Shown here: positions 1-9,688 of the stretch, in pieces | Layout: each line of letters begins with the position of its first letter | Position numbering within the stretch: the first letter of the stretch is position 1 | NCBI GenBank assembly: GCA_946965045.2 | Contig: OX337238.1 | Location: 372,001-436,000 of the forward strand | DNA from: Epithemia pelagica | Lineage: Eukaryota > Protista > Bacillariophyta | Length of the DNA stretch: 64,000 nt | Direction: 5' to 3' | Made by a program: the position numbers and the translations under genes | Notes under the pieces: model-generated | The model's input: the letters and a program-made list of their open reading frames with translations, nothing else | What the model was told of the DNA's origin: nothing | The model's database searches: none

Positions 1-1389
1 ATCGTCCAAGGAACGTTGAACAATCGCTTGGACCAAAATGCGTTCAATTTTGAGAGCATTAGTTTGCTCCACTTCTGTCAAGGCTCCCTCCTTTTTGGAT
101 AGTAATGTCGCCACGCCCCATAACGTGTTACTGATTTCCTGTGGCTTGAAGCGTGCGACAAAGTCGCCATCGTTTTCCATAGTGGTGGCGACATATTCCA
201 ACAAGGTGTCATGATTGTGATAGACGCCGGCCGTGGCACACGCCCAAATGGAATTGGACCACTCTTGTGGATTGAGGGGTTGACCCGACTCGCGTTTTTG
301 AATTTGAATCAATTCCAAGACCATGTCTCCAAAAAACTGTGTTTCCGCCCGTCCCGAAGTTGCCCAGGCCCACAAAATGTTGGCAATTTCTTGTTGTTGA
401 AACGAGACTTGGGCATTTTTGCCCACTCCTTGTTTGGCATGGAACCGAACATCGTCTAAAATCAAGCCCGCCAGTTTGGAAACCAAAGTCACCCACGGCG
501 CTGAAGTTGATTGTACACTATTGGGGTTGTTTCGTCGCGCTTTGGCCGACTCGAGGACACATTCTCGAATCTCTCGTGCCGTCGCTTCCATGGCCGCTTC
601 TGTCTCTTGAGCGTTTGTTTGCAGGGGCAGTGCTGTGGCGGGTGGTACGACTCGGAGTTTGGCCAATCCCCAGGCTGTATTGGACAATTCACGGCTTTTG
701 AATTTGGCCCGTTTGGCCGAGCCAAGTTCGGAGTCGTTGTTCGGAAGCATGTATTCGGCCAAGGCCGCCAAGAAGAGAGCAAAGCGAGCGTCTTTGAGGA
801 GGGGAGCTCGGGCCTGAGGTTTGAGCGAGTGCCGAGCCAAGCGATGAACGAGGGTGGAAAAATTGACCATATTCAAGGCTCCACCTCCCGCCTTGCGTGT
901 CAAGGCGTTGGGAGTCGATTGGAGCAACTGGAGGACTTGACTGGCATCTTGACATTGAACGATTTGAGAATTAAGATTCCACCAATAATTCCTCATAACA
1001 CTGCTCCGTTGCTTGCTCGGTGGCCGCTTTCCTGGTTTGCGGCCTTTTGGCGGTTTGAGGTGGTGGCTGTTGTTTCCTTTGCCTCCTTGTTTAACTTTTG
1101 CGGAGGGAGGTTTGGGTGTAGGGTCCGTCGAGGGACTTTGATTTTTCTCCAGACTCGATAAAAGAGATATTATTCTGTGGTCTTGCCTCTGACACCATTT
1201 TGGATTGGCGTGGTTGACAGTCGCAACCGGCGCAAATGCATCCGTGGTCGGAGAACTGTCAACGACAAGTACAACGACGACGACGAATAACCAACAAGGG
1301 AGGACGAGGAGGTGGCGAAGGAACACCCACAGGAACTGATTCCCACCACCCGTTGCTCTTCTCTCCCCATATCTTCTGAAATGTAACAT
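1..1389 (-). CDS. Plastid-targeted OPR (octotricopeptide repeat)/RAP-FASTK-like RNA-binding protein, 3' end beyond window start
   Basis: Hand-translated open minus frame from ATG 1389 to base 1 (absent from the ORF track, no stop in window). Repeats FKSRELSNTAWGLAKL, FQQQEIANILWAWAT, LNPQEWSNSIWACAT, FKPQEISNTLWGVAT. Hydrophobic N-terminus followed by TDAF-APVA (ASAFAP-like). Confidence 0.8.
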   Translation of the reverse strand, partial: MLHFRRYGERRATGGGNQFLWVFLRHLLVLPCWLFVVVVVLVVDSSPTTDAFAPVATVNHANPKWCQRQDHRIISLLSSLEKNQSPSTDPTPKPPSAKVKQGGKGNNSHHLKPPKGRKPGKRPPSKQRSSVMRNYWWNLNSQIVQCQDASQVLQLLQSTPNALTRKAGGGALNMVNFSTLVHRLARHSLKPQARAPLLKDARFALFLAALAEYMLPNNDSELGSAKRAKFKSRELSNTAWGLAKLRVVPPATALPLQTNAQETEAAMEATAREIRECVLESAKARRNNPNSVQSTSAPWVTLVSKLAGLILDDVRFHAKQGVGKNAQVSFQQQEIANILWAWATSGRAETQFFGDMVLELIQIQKRESGQPLNPQEWSNSIWACATAGVYHNHDTLLEYVATTMENDGDFVARFKPQEISNTLWGVATLLSKKEGALTEVEQTNALKIERILVQAIVQRSLDD

Positions 1390-1933
1390 TCTGAGTGAAT
1401 GTGACACTCTTGTACGTTGTCTCCGCCTGCACAAACGGATGATGAGGTCTGATGTAATGAGATGATGGATGATGGATTGATTCTGTGGATGGCGTTGGAT
1501 TGATGTCTCATTTAGAGCGACCAAGGTGCGGCCAGATTGTCATTCGCCATGTTACTATGTTTGCTATGTATATGTCTACTTTCCCCCTCTAGATGCTCCT
1601 CCTCCATACTCCTATATTTTACCGTTCGTTTTGTGGTTCTAGAAAACGCGTCGCGAATATCTTTTGATTGAAACGAAGGACCAAGTTCCTGCGTCGTTGT
1701 GGTCTGATCGAGTGCTCTATATTATGGGCTTGTATAGATTCGGAAGGCATGTACTCGTAGAGGGACAATTTTCGCATACATAGGGAGCAAGGAAACTCTC
1801 TGCTTCGGTTTATTGGTCGTACGATTGCATCCACAACTAATAGAATAGGAAGTTTACAATCGTGATGCTACAGGATCAATGTCCAACATTCACTGTTCGC
1901 CATGTCCAGGCTTTGTTTCGGCCGTTCGGTTTA

Positions 1934-4900
1934 TCAATCCTTTTTCAAAGCATCATATTCAAGTCTTGCTTGCAACAGAGCACGTTGAGCTTGTTCCTTT
2001 GTCGTCTCATGACTCCTCTTCTCATTTGCTAGAACTTGTTTAGTATTAGTTTGCTGCAAGCGTGCCTCCAGCAATAAGCGTTGGCGTCGTTCCTGTTCCG
2101 TGACCCCAACAGATGTTGTTGAGGCAACGTCATGTGCGAGAAGCGTGGCTGCTTGTAGGGCTTTGGTTTCCCTTTCCATCTTTGTGGTAAACATGGATGC
2201 CATGACGGCTCTATATTCCCTGTTGGTCCTCAGTTGTTCTATCTTTGCCCACATACTTACCTCAAACTCCCTTCTATCCGATTCCGCCATGGGTAAGGGG
2301 TCGTTAGATTCTTCCATGGGTCTAGCAGTCCGTCCCACAGAACTCTGTTTCAACTGAGCTGCGAGCAACGCGCGTTGACGTTTTTCGTTCTGGTCCACTT
2401 CTCGAACAGGACTTGAAGTCGAAAGAAGTTTAGCCACTTCTTGCGCTTTCTTCTCTCTCCCCAATTTCTTTTCCAGCAATGGTGCGATGGATGCTTTTCT
2501 TTCTCTCTCCAACTTGTTGTTTTCAGCCTCATCGTTTTCTTGCGTTGACGTGGTACCCCTTGTAGCAGAACTCTGTTTTAGTTGCGCTGCGAGCAGCGCC
2601 CGTTGACGGATCTCGTCCTGATCCACTTCTTGTACTGGATTCACAGTCGGCAACAGTTTGGCCACTTCTTCCGCTTTCTTTTCTCTCGCCAATTTCTTCT
2701 CCAGTAGTGGTGCAAGCAAAGCTTTTCTTCCTCTTTCCAGCTTCATGCTTTCTTCATTACTCGAATCCCCTCCTTCTTTTGCGACAGATGACCCCGTACC
2801 AAGTTGCAATCGTGCCGACAACAATTTCCTTTGCCGCGCTTCAATTTCCTGTTTCCTTCGGAGGACTTCGTCAGGGTTTTCTTTTTCTCTACTGACAAGT
2901 GTGTCCGATGAATCAACAGGCAAGTCCTTTTGTTCCGTAGAGGTCGGGATGGCTCCGTCGGGTCCAAGAGTTTCATCTGATCCAGAGGAAACCTTGGATG
3001 CCTCAAATGTCAATCGAGCAGGAAGCAATGAGCGTTGCTGTCTTTCTGTCTCTGTCTTTCGTAACGAGTCTTTGGCAACCTGGGCCTGCTCTGCAAGGAG
3101 GGCAGCTGCTGCCACAGCTTTGCGTTCCCGTTCCAACCTCTCCACAGCCATGATTTCCGTTTGTTCCTGAATTCTTTTCTCCTCGGCTGCAACTCTATCC
3201 AGTTCCTCTTGTTTCACATGTGCCGTGAGCAAGGCGCGCTGATTCGCTTCCTTCATCTTGTTATTGGCAAGCTCTTCAGCGGTCTTCCGAGCAGCGATCG
3301 CGTCAGCATCAAGCTTCAATCTCATGGCAAGAAGCGAACGTTGTTGGATTTCCGCTTCCTTCTTTTGTGTGAGCACTTCCTGAGAGATAGCCACTTTTTC
3401 CTTCACCGGAAAAGGCTCTGTCCGGGTGGCTAAGATATTCCTTCGCTCTTGCTCAACCTGTGGGAGGCGGGGGTCCTCTTCCACAACAGGTCGAGTCATT
3501 TGGCTTGCCTCTATCAGTTTCCTTCTCTCTGCTTGCAATGCCTCGATCTGCGCAGAAGCTTGACTGGGCTGTATTAGATTCCGTCTCTCTGATTCAAGTT
3601 CTGTGATACGAGCCTCATCTTGCTGGCGCTGGGTGGGCTGAGCGGTAGAAATGTTCTCTGTTGTACCAACACCACTCTCCGACTCGGGTGTTATTGGGTC
3701 TCCTGGCGCCTGTGTAAGAAAGGTCTCTGTCGTATCAGAACCTTTCTCCGACCCGGCAGTTATCGGGTCTCCTGGTGCCTGTCCAATCATGGGTCTCTGC
3801 TGGTCTTGGGCATACGGTGCAACTTCCACACGCTTCCTGTCCTGTCCTGCTCTTTTGATAGCCTCGGCTTTTTGTTGCTTCGCGGCTTCTGCTCGCTGTC
3901 GTGCCATCATTTCAATAGGACTAAGGCCTGCTTCTACACGCTCGGCCCTTTGTGCGATTTTCCGAACAACAGATGTCCGTCGAGGAGCACTTCGGTTCGG
4001 ACTAAGTGTCGTCTCTGGAGCAACATTAATGTTGGGAGTCGTCGTTTGTCTCCACCCGACTCTTCGTGTAGGTACCGGTCGCGGCGCAATAGGTTTCTGT
4101 GGAGCAATGTCATTGGACTGCTGGGTTCTAGTTTTCCAGACCACGGAGTTTTGAACTGGTTGTGCTTTGACGTCTCGACGAGCGTCTCTCCGGTCGGTCG
4201 ACATGGGTTCTACATCCAGTCCACCTATCGGTTGTACCTGAACTTCAGACGGACCTCGATTTATTGCCGGGTCTTGCTGAAACACTGTTTGATCCGAAGG
4301 ACTCGTTTCTGGTTCGATTTCAGTTTCGGTGGGAATGGGATTGGTGGTGTCTTCCGCAGTGGTTTCCAAAGCTCGTTCTTCCATGGCGTCCGTTTCGTCG
4401 TCCATGGATGACAACTGTTGTTCCTTTTCCAATGTCACCACTTTTCTACTGGCAAGTCTGCTTTGTGCCTCGGATCGTTCAAACTTTATCAAATTGGAGG
4501 GACGAGGTCCTAGGAACCTTGTCAGGACTGGTTCCGTCATGACATCCGCAACGATGGTCGACTCTCTTGGAATTGCACTATTCCGACCAAAGAAACGAAC
4601 CTGCGCATCGGAACGTTCAAACTGGACCAAACTCAGAGGGCGAAGACTCTCCTCACGGATCGTAGGCTTTGTCTCTTCCTCCACAGATGCTTGGACCGTG
4701 CGAGCCGGTTCTGCCGGGGTCTCTCCCTCGTTTGGATCTGTCTCTTTCTCCACAGATGTTTGGACCGTGCGAGCCGGTTCTGTCTGGGTCTCTGTTTCAT
4801 TCGGTGTTGTCTCTTCCTCCACAGATGCTTGGAGGACCGTGCGAACCGGTGCTGCCGGTCGACTCTGTCGTCGAACATGCGCTTCCGATGTTTCAAACAG

Positions 4901-7225
4901 TACCAAAAAGTCACGAGGACTGTTCCGGACCATTTGTGGAATGGAGTCTTTCTGATCGCTACTATCCATTTGGCTCATCCTACTCATACCATCTGCCTCA
5001 ACAGGTGATGACTCCTTCATCATTGGCTCGTCAGTCTCGATTGGAGTCAGAGTGTCATCATTTAGCTCAACATCTGAGTCCACCGGCGGCTCCATCACCA
5101 TCTCCGGTGGTGCAACGACGGAATCCGATACGACGGTACTAGCTGCTTCGTCTGGCACCTCCTCGTCCATGTCTTGTCGTTCCACCGCAAAGAACAATGG
5201 AGACGACGTGCCAACCGATGGAGGAGCTGCTTGCGATACCAGGCTCTTCTTTGGAACCGTAGTGTCGTCTGCCGCTTGATTCATACTGGAGTCTGGCAGT
5301 ACTTGGTTTGAGACACTCCTGGATGTTGGCGTAGTAGGAATAGTAGCATTGGTGTGATTGCCCGATGACAACAACACATCTTGGACCAAGGCCAAGGCAA
5401 CTGTACCCACACCTCGTGCCACGTCTCCCGCCATACCTTCGATCCCCGCCACATACAAGGCTGCTATACCAACGATCCCGGCGAGTTCGGGTTGGGCCCC
5501 CAAAGCGATGGCTACAATGGAGGCCGTGGCGGCACTGGAGAGGGATACGGGATTGGAAACTCCCTCGAGGATTGTGGAGGCAACATCCTTGCTCTCCCCG
5601 ACGACGACAACGTCTGCGGGGAAATCGAGGTCGGATGATCCATTGACCGTGGCGTTTTGAACAAGCGTCAAGAAGGTGGACCCCAAGGAACGCAAATTAT
5701 CTCCGGCGGAACTGTCCGTGGCGGCCAAGACGCTGGCCGTGGCACCCAACACCAAGGAAGATTCCCAAACGTGTTCCGGTGCCAATCCCATGATGATGGA
5801 TAGAAACAAGGCACCTACCGTGGCGGTGGAAGCACCGGCACTGATCACAACAGCCGAGTCGACGTCGTCTTTTCGGGCCAACCAATCACTTGACGACAAG
5901 TCCTCTCCTTCCATTCTGGTTGTGGTTGTCGTTGTTGTTGGGTCGGTGCCCTTGTCGTCGTCGGCGGATCCCGTTTCTCCTGCTTGCGCTTGTTGCTGCG
6001 ACTGGTAGGCTTCCCAAAGGGCGGGTGCTTCGTTCCAGCCTTCTTGAAACTTTTCTTGAACGCCCGTCACGACTTGAGAGGTGACATTGGACAGTTGATT
6101 CCAGGATGAGACGAGGAGGGATGCCAAAACATCCTGGTCCAGAGGCGAAGACGAAGAAGAAGAGGACGATGACTCGGAAACGCTCTCGTTGGTATCTGTA
6201 TTGGACGTTTCCATGGAAGAAAAAGGCTCCATTGGTGGTGTCATTGACGTGTCCTCGGATGATAATGATTGAGATGTAACGCCGTCCAAACTTGGAGGAT
6301 CCGAGGTATCTTTGTTTTCTGTGTCATTCGAGGAGGATGAAGTCATAACTTGTTGGTTGTCGATTCCTGTATTTTCCTCCTCCTCTTCCATCCACGTCTG
6401 TTCATTGATATTCACACGGTTGTCCTCGTCGTCTGGATCCGTTTCTTTTTCCGGTTGCAACGAAAGTGGTTCACTCGTCGTGTCCTCAAAGTGGACCGTT
6501 TCCTCCTCCTCCTCCTCCTTGTCGTCGTTGTTGTGTTCCGGCTCGGTCGAATTGACGGGCTTGGGGTCCTCCTGGGGAGCAGGAGGGTCCACGGTGCCAC
6601 GAGTAGTGTCGTCGTCCTCCTGGTCGTTGTTGGGTTCCGTATCTTGGGACGACGAAAACCGCACAACTCGGGGCGTCACTTCTTGGGAGGCCGACTGCTG
6701 TTGTGGGGAAATGGACGTGAGACGCCCGCCTCGAAAGGCTCGATTGGCGGCACGATCCCACCATTTCAATTGCGATTGTTGTTGTTGTAACAGGTACGAG
6801 GGTGGTGGCGTTTGCGGGGGTCTAGGTGGTGGTGGTTGTGGTGCAAAGAAATTGAGACTGGCGGTCAGACTGGCCAAAAAGCGTCCTTGTTTCTTGTTGT
6901 TGTTGTTTGGTGGTGGCTGGTTTTGGTCCTTCTTGTTGTTGTTCTCGGGTAGCTCCTGCGGGTCTCCCGCAATGGACCAAGAACCCAACGAAGAGAGTTG
7001 TTGTGGTTGTTTTGGATGTTGTTGCGCCCGTTTGGCGGTGTTGTTGGGTCGCCAAACCTTGTTCCACAGAGGAAAGGCGTCGGCCCGCTCCACAAGCTCC
7101 AATGGGTGCCACGCAACAGCGACAAGGGCCGCAACTACCAGCACGATCCATCGGGGGAGGATGGTTCGTTGTCGGGAACGTTGTGTTGGTTGCCCCATCC
7201 TGCCACCACGTTCACTTGTGTGCAT
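1934..7225 (-). CDS. Large (~1760 aa) low-complexity/coiled-coil protein, probable plastid presequence, two hydrophobic hairpin regions, internal repeats; function unknown
   Basis: Uninterrupted ORF 1934-7411; first plausible ATGs at 7225/7198. WIVLVVAALVAVAW...ADAF-PLW resembles signal peptide plus ASAF motif. Many QRxLLxA(R/Q)L motifs. Confidence 0.75.
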   Translation of the reverse strand: MHTSERGGRMGQPTQRSRQRTILPRWIVLVVAALVAVAWHPLELVERADAFPLWNKVWRPNNTAKRAQQHPKQPQQLSSLGSWSIAGDPQELPENNNKKDQNQPPPNNNNKKQGRFLASLTASLNFFAPQPPPPRPPQTPPPSYLLQQQQSQLKWWDRAANRAFRGGRLTSISPQQQSASQEVTPRVVRFSSSQDTEPNNDQEDDDTTRGTVDPPAPQEDPKPVNSTEPEHNNDDKEEEEEETVHFEDTTSEPLSLQPEKETDPDDEDNRVNINEQTWMEEEEENTGIDNQQVMTSSSSNDTENKDTSDPPSLDGVTSQSLSSEDTSMTPPMEPFSSMETSNTDTNESVSESSSSSSSSSPLDQDVLASLLVSSWNQLSNVTSQVVTGVQEKFQEGWNEAPALWEAYQSQQQAQAGETGSADDDKGTDPTTTTTTTRMEGEDLSSSDWLARKDDVDSAVVISAGASTATVGALFLSIIMGLAPEHVWESSLVLGATASVLAATDSSAGDNLRSLGSTFLTLVQNATVNGSSDLDFPADVVVVGESKDVASTILEGVSNPVSLSSAATASIVAIALGAQPELAGIVGIAALYVAGIEGMAGDVARGVGTVALALVQDVLLSSGNHTNATIPTTPTSRSVSNQVLPDSSMNQAADDTTVPKKSLVSQAAPPSVGTSSPLFFAVERQDMDEEVPDEAASTVVSDSVVAPPEMVMEPPVDSDVELNDDTLTPIETDEPMMKESSPVEADGMSRMSQMDSSDQKDSIPQMVRNSPRDFLVLFETSEAHVRRQSRPAAPVRTVLQASVEEETTPNETETQTEPARTVQTSVEKETDPNEGETPAEPARTVQASVEEETKPTIREESLRPLSLVQFERSDAQVRFFGRNSAIPRESTIVADVMTEPVLTRFLGPRPSNLIKFERSEAQSRLASRKVVTLEKEQQLSSMDDETDAMEERALETTAEDTTNPIPTETEIEPETSPSDQTVFQQDPAINRGPSEVQVQPIGGLDVEPMSTDRRDARRDVKAQPVQNSVVWKTRTQQSNDIAPQKPIAPRPVPTRRVGWRQTTTPNINVAPETTLSPNRSAPRRTSVVRKIAQRAERVEAGLSPIEMMARQRAEAAKQQKAEAIKRAGQDRKRVEVAPYAQDQQRPMIGQAPGDPITAGSEKGSDTTETFLTQAPGDPITPESESGVGTTENISTAQPTQRQQDEARITELESERRNLIQPSQASAQIEALQAERRKLIEASQMTRPVVEEDPRLPQVEQERRNILATRTEPFPVKEKVAISQEVLTQKKEAEIQQRSLLAMRLKLDADAIAARKTAEELANNKMKEANQRALLTAHVKQEELDRVAAEEKRIQEQTEIMAVERLERERKAVAAAALLAEQAQVAKDSLRKTETERQQRSLLPARLTFEASKVSSGSDETLGPDGAIPTSTEQKDLPVDSSDTLVSREKENPDEVLRRKQEIEARQRKLLSARLQLGTGSSVAKEGGDSSNEESMKLERGRKALLAPLLEKKLAREKKAEEVAKLLPTVNPVQEVDQDEIRQRALLAAQLKQSSATRGTTSTQENDEAENNKLERERKASIAPLLEKKLGREKKAQEVAKLLSTSSPVREVDQNEKRQRALLAAQLKQSSVGRTARPMEESNDPLPMAESDRREFEVSMWAKIEQLRTNREYRAVMASMFTTKMERETKALQAATLLAHDVASTTSVGVTEQERRQRLLLEARLQQTNTKQVLANEKRSHETTKEQAQRALLQARLEYDALKKD
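2341..2750 (-). repeat. Tandem 228-nt (76-aa) intragenic duplication
   Basis: aactctgttt... at 2341 and 2569; KLERxRKAxxAPLLEKKLxREKKAxEVAKLL...RQRALLAAQLKQSS twice. Confidence 0.85.
4671..4850 (-). repeat. ~69-nt (23-aa) intragenic tandem repeat, ~2.6 copies
   Basis: gtctctt(c/t)ctccacagatg(c/t)ttgga...ccgtgcga units; protein PARTVQxSVExET. Confidence 0.8.
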
Positions 7226-7412
7226 CGAGCCGACTCTCTCTCTCGATCTCTGTTTCCAAGGTACTGAGAGCGATCTATTGTATGAAATTATATTCGAGGA
7301 CACTGGTCGTTTGCGATTTGATGGAGTCCGCCCCGTTGACTGTTTGGATATCTTATGGTGAGACAAACAGAGAGAGATCTTCTGGAATCTTCTCGCATGC
7401 GAACACCGCATG

Positions 7413-7420
7413 TGACGTCA
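7413..7420. promoter_or_regulatory. TGACGTCA palindrome (CRE/bZIP-type site; aureochromes bind TGACGT) between divergent genes
   Basis: Exact 8-mer, followed by tandem ACTGTCA; motif match only. Confidence 0.25.
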
Positions 7421-7870
7421 TTTCCAACTGTCAACTGTCAAATCCATCTCTCCATTTCAAGCGTCTGGTTTTGGCTTTACGTTGTTGAAGAATATCGTTG
7501 TAACTCATCAAAACCGCTGGAGATTCTCGTTGACTGGTGGGGCACTAGTGGGGTCATCTAGAAAGTATTTCGTGCTTGATGAGAAAAGAAATGCTTTCTA
7601 ATTAGCTCCATCGATGCGCACCTCTGTCAAAGATTTTTCAAAGGATCTTTTTTGGAACACTTCCTGCTTCCTGCGCCGTGTCAAGGCGACCATTGCTTCG
7701 GGCACAAGCAGAAACCACAAATTTTGGCCATCATCATCACCGCACCGAGAGAGAGCGAGAGAGATCATGGTTTAGGTTCTGCTCCCGAGCATTCTCTTGT
7801 CTGGACCACAAAGCAAGCAAGCGTCATAAAAACAGAACAGAACCTTACCAACAACAATAATAACAACAAC

Positions 7871-8659
7871 ATGAACATCTTGTCACGGCCGCTCGTCTTT
7901 TTGCTTCGACGGTTGGTCCTCTTGTGGCTGCTGTTGGTGGCGGCACTCCCTGGTGCTTGGGCGTCCGAAGAAAACGAATCCGAAGAAGAAGAAGAAGTGG
8001 AGCCGGCCGATGCCATTATTTTTCCCTTTTTTGTCTTGGCCTTGGGCATTCTGTCGCATCGCTTGTTGAGTCGGTATTTGGAATGGTTGCCCTATACCGG
8101 TTTCCTGTTTGTCTTGGGCACGTGCATGGGGGTGGGAGTGACCCGTGTCTCGGGACCGACCAATTTATTGAATTCCTCCATGGTGAATTTTTGGTTGCCC
8201 ATTGACAGTGAATTGCTCTTGGTCAGTTTCTTGCCCGGTCTCTTGTATCACGATGCCGCTGGACAAAATCCCCACTTGTTTCGTGTCGCCTTTCTCCAAT
8301 GTCTCATTTTTGCCTTTCGTGCGTACATGCTCTACCAAAACTATTGGTGATTTTGTGTGTTTGCCCGGCACCTCGTCTAACTCATAAATGCTTTTGTCTT
8401 GGTTGATTGGTGTTGTGGGGGTGTTTGTTCTTTTGTGTGTTTGGTGTGGAACCACTCCTCTATATTACTACCACTAGCCATGGTATTGGCGGGCACCACC
8501 TTGACGGCCCTCGTGGCGTATTATATTTTTCCCTACGACTGGTCCTTTAATCTCGCCATGACGTTTGGGTCCATCTTGTCAGCCACGGATCCCGTGGCGG
8601 TCGCCGCACTCTTGGATCAAGTCGGTGCTCCACCGCGGCTCAAAATTCACATTGCCGGC
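7871..8659 (+). CDS. CPA1 Na+/H+ antiporter (SOS1/NHX7/NhaP-like), 5' part: exons 7871-8318 and 8478-8659; interrupted by LTR element A
   Basis: Signal peptide and TM helices; GT-AG intron 8319-8477 restores FAFPMVLAG; FGSILSATDPVAVAALL...PPRLKIHIAG CPA1 motif. Confidence 0.9.
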
Positions 8660-9428
8660 AGTTAAAGTACGGCTAGCTATAGACCTAGAACTACCTTTCG
8701 AAGAACAACACCTAGACTCTATGAGAGTACACGTCTACCATGACATAGCTGTGCCATCTGTCCTGCAAGCTTGTGCGAACACGTGCGTGGACGGCTGACG
8801 AAGCTGTGCCCATGTATGTGACATGTCCGAGCCTGCGGCACAATGTTCCCTCTCTGAATAACCCTGGTGTTTTGTGATACACATTTACATATGCCCACTA
8901 CTATCTACGACAGGCAAAAGCCGGACGAGCTCCACTCGGAAGCAAAGTCCAGGCTATGTCTCACCTAAAACATACACGTCTCCAACTTACAACAAGATTC
9001 ACCAAAGGATCATGGATACTTGGTTGAAGCCAATAGTTCCGCCTCTATCCCTCACAGTTTGAGTATATGGAACAGGTTCTATGCACTAAGAGAACAGGTT
9101 CCATTAGTCCCTAAACGTAGAGCGTCTGTAGCGCCTTACCTAGAAGTCAAAGATGTTTCTTCACCGGGCCCAACGATTCGGGAAAAGTAAACTCTTTATG
9201 ACTGAAAGGAAGTAATGAAAGAGCAATCATGAGAAACAAACACTTTCGATAGAATAAGCTCACTTCTTATAAAAACCTGAAAGTTGTAAGCAACCTTTAG
9301 GAAGGAGTCAACCATACTAACCTAGTACAAGGTGAGGGCCCCATCGTGTACCGAGTGAACTGGTTGACTACAGAAGTTCAGAGCACTAACCATCACGTCT
9401 TACGTTAGTTTTTCTACATACATTAAGT
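8660..9428 (+). repeat. 5' LTR of element A (769 bp, AGTTAA...TTAAGT)
   Basis: Matches 18375-19125 plus 26222-26239 (offset 9715); no mismatch seen by eye. Confidence 0.95.
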
Positions 9429-9443
9429 GGTTATTGAGCCCAA
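9429..9443 (+). promoter_or_regulatory. Primer-binding site of element A (half-tRNA-iMet type)
   Basis: GGTTATTGAGCCCAA directly after the LTR; 1-nt insertion relative to GGTTATGAGCCC, the complement of the iMet anticodon arm GGGCUCAUAACC. Confidence 0.75.
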
Positions 9444-9688
9444 AGAGGCTGACGAACCGTACGCCTCCTCTATCGTATTGCCGACAAGACCGACGGACCG
9501 AACCAACCTCTCTTCAGTGTGAATTATTGCATTCATCAGGAAGGGAACGACAAATCTCCATTGCTACGTGGTTATCGATCCACTAGCATCCAACCAAGCG
9601 CGCCGGAAGCCATCAAGGCTCCAACCAAGGTACCAACACGAGCGACGAGGACTCACCAACTTCCAGTGGTGCAGGAAGCTTCGACCTC

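Noticed and set aside
511-1161. 216-aa plus-strand ORF and other short ORFs at 209-1511
   Set aside because: Antisense or off-frame shadows of the OPR gene.
2100-7488. Numerous plus-strand ORFs (e.g. 6312-7361)
   Set aside because: Antisense shadows of the low-complexity 1825-aa ORF.
8874-9062. 62-aa ORF duplicated at 18589-18777
   Set aside because: Lies inside LTR A; duplication is explained by the LTRs and there is no coding signal.
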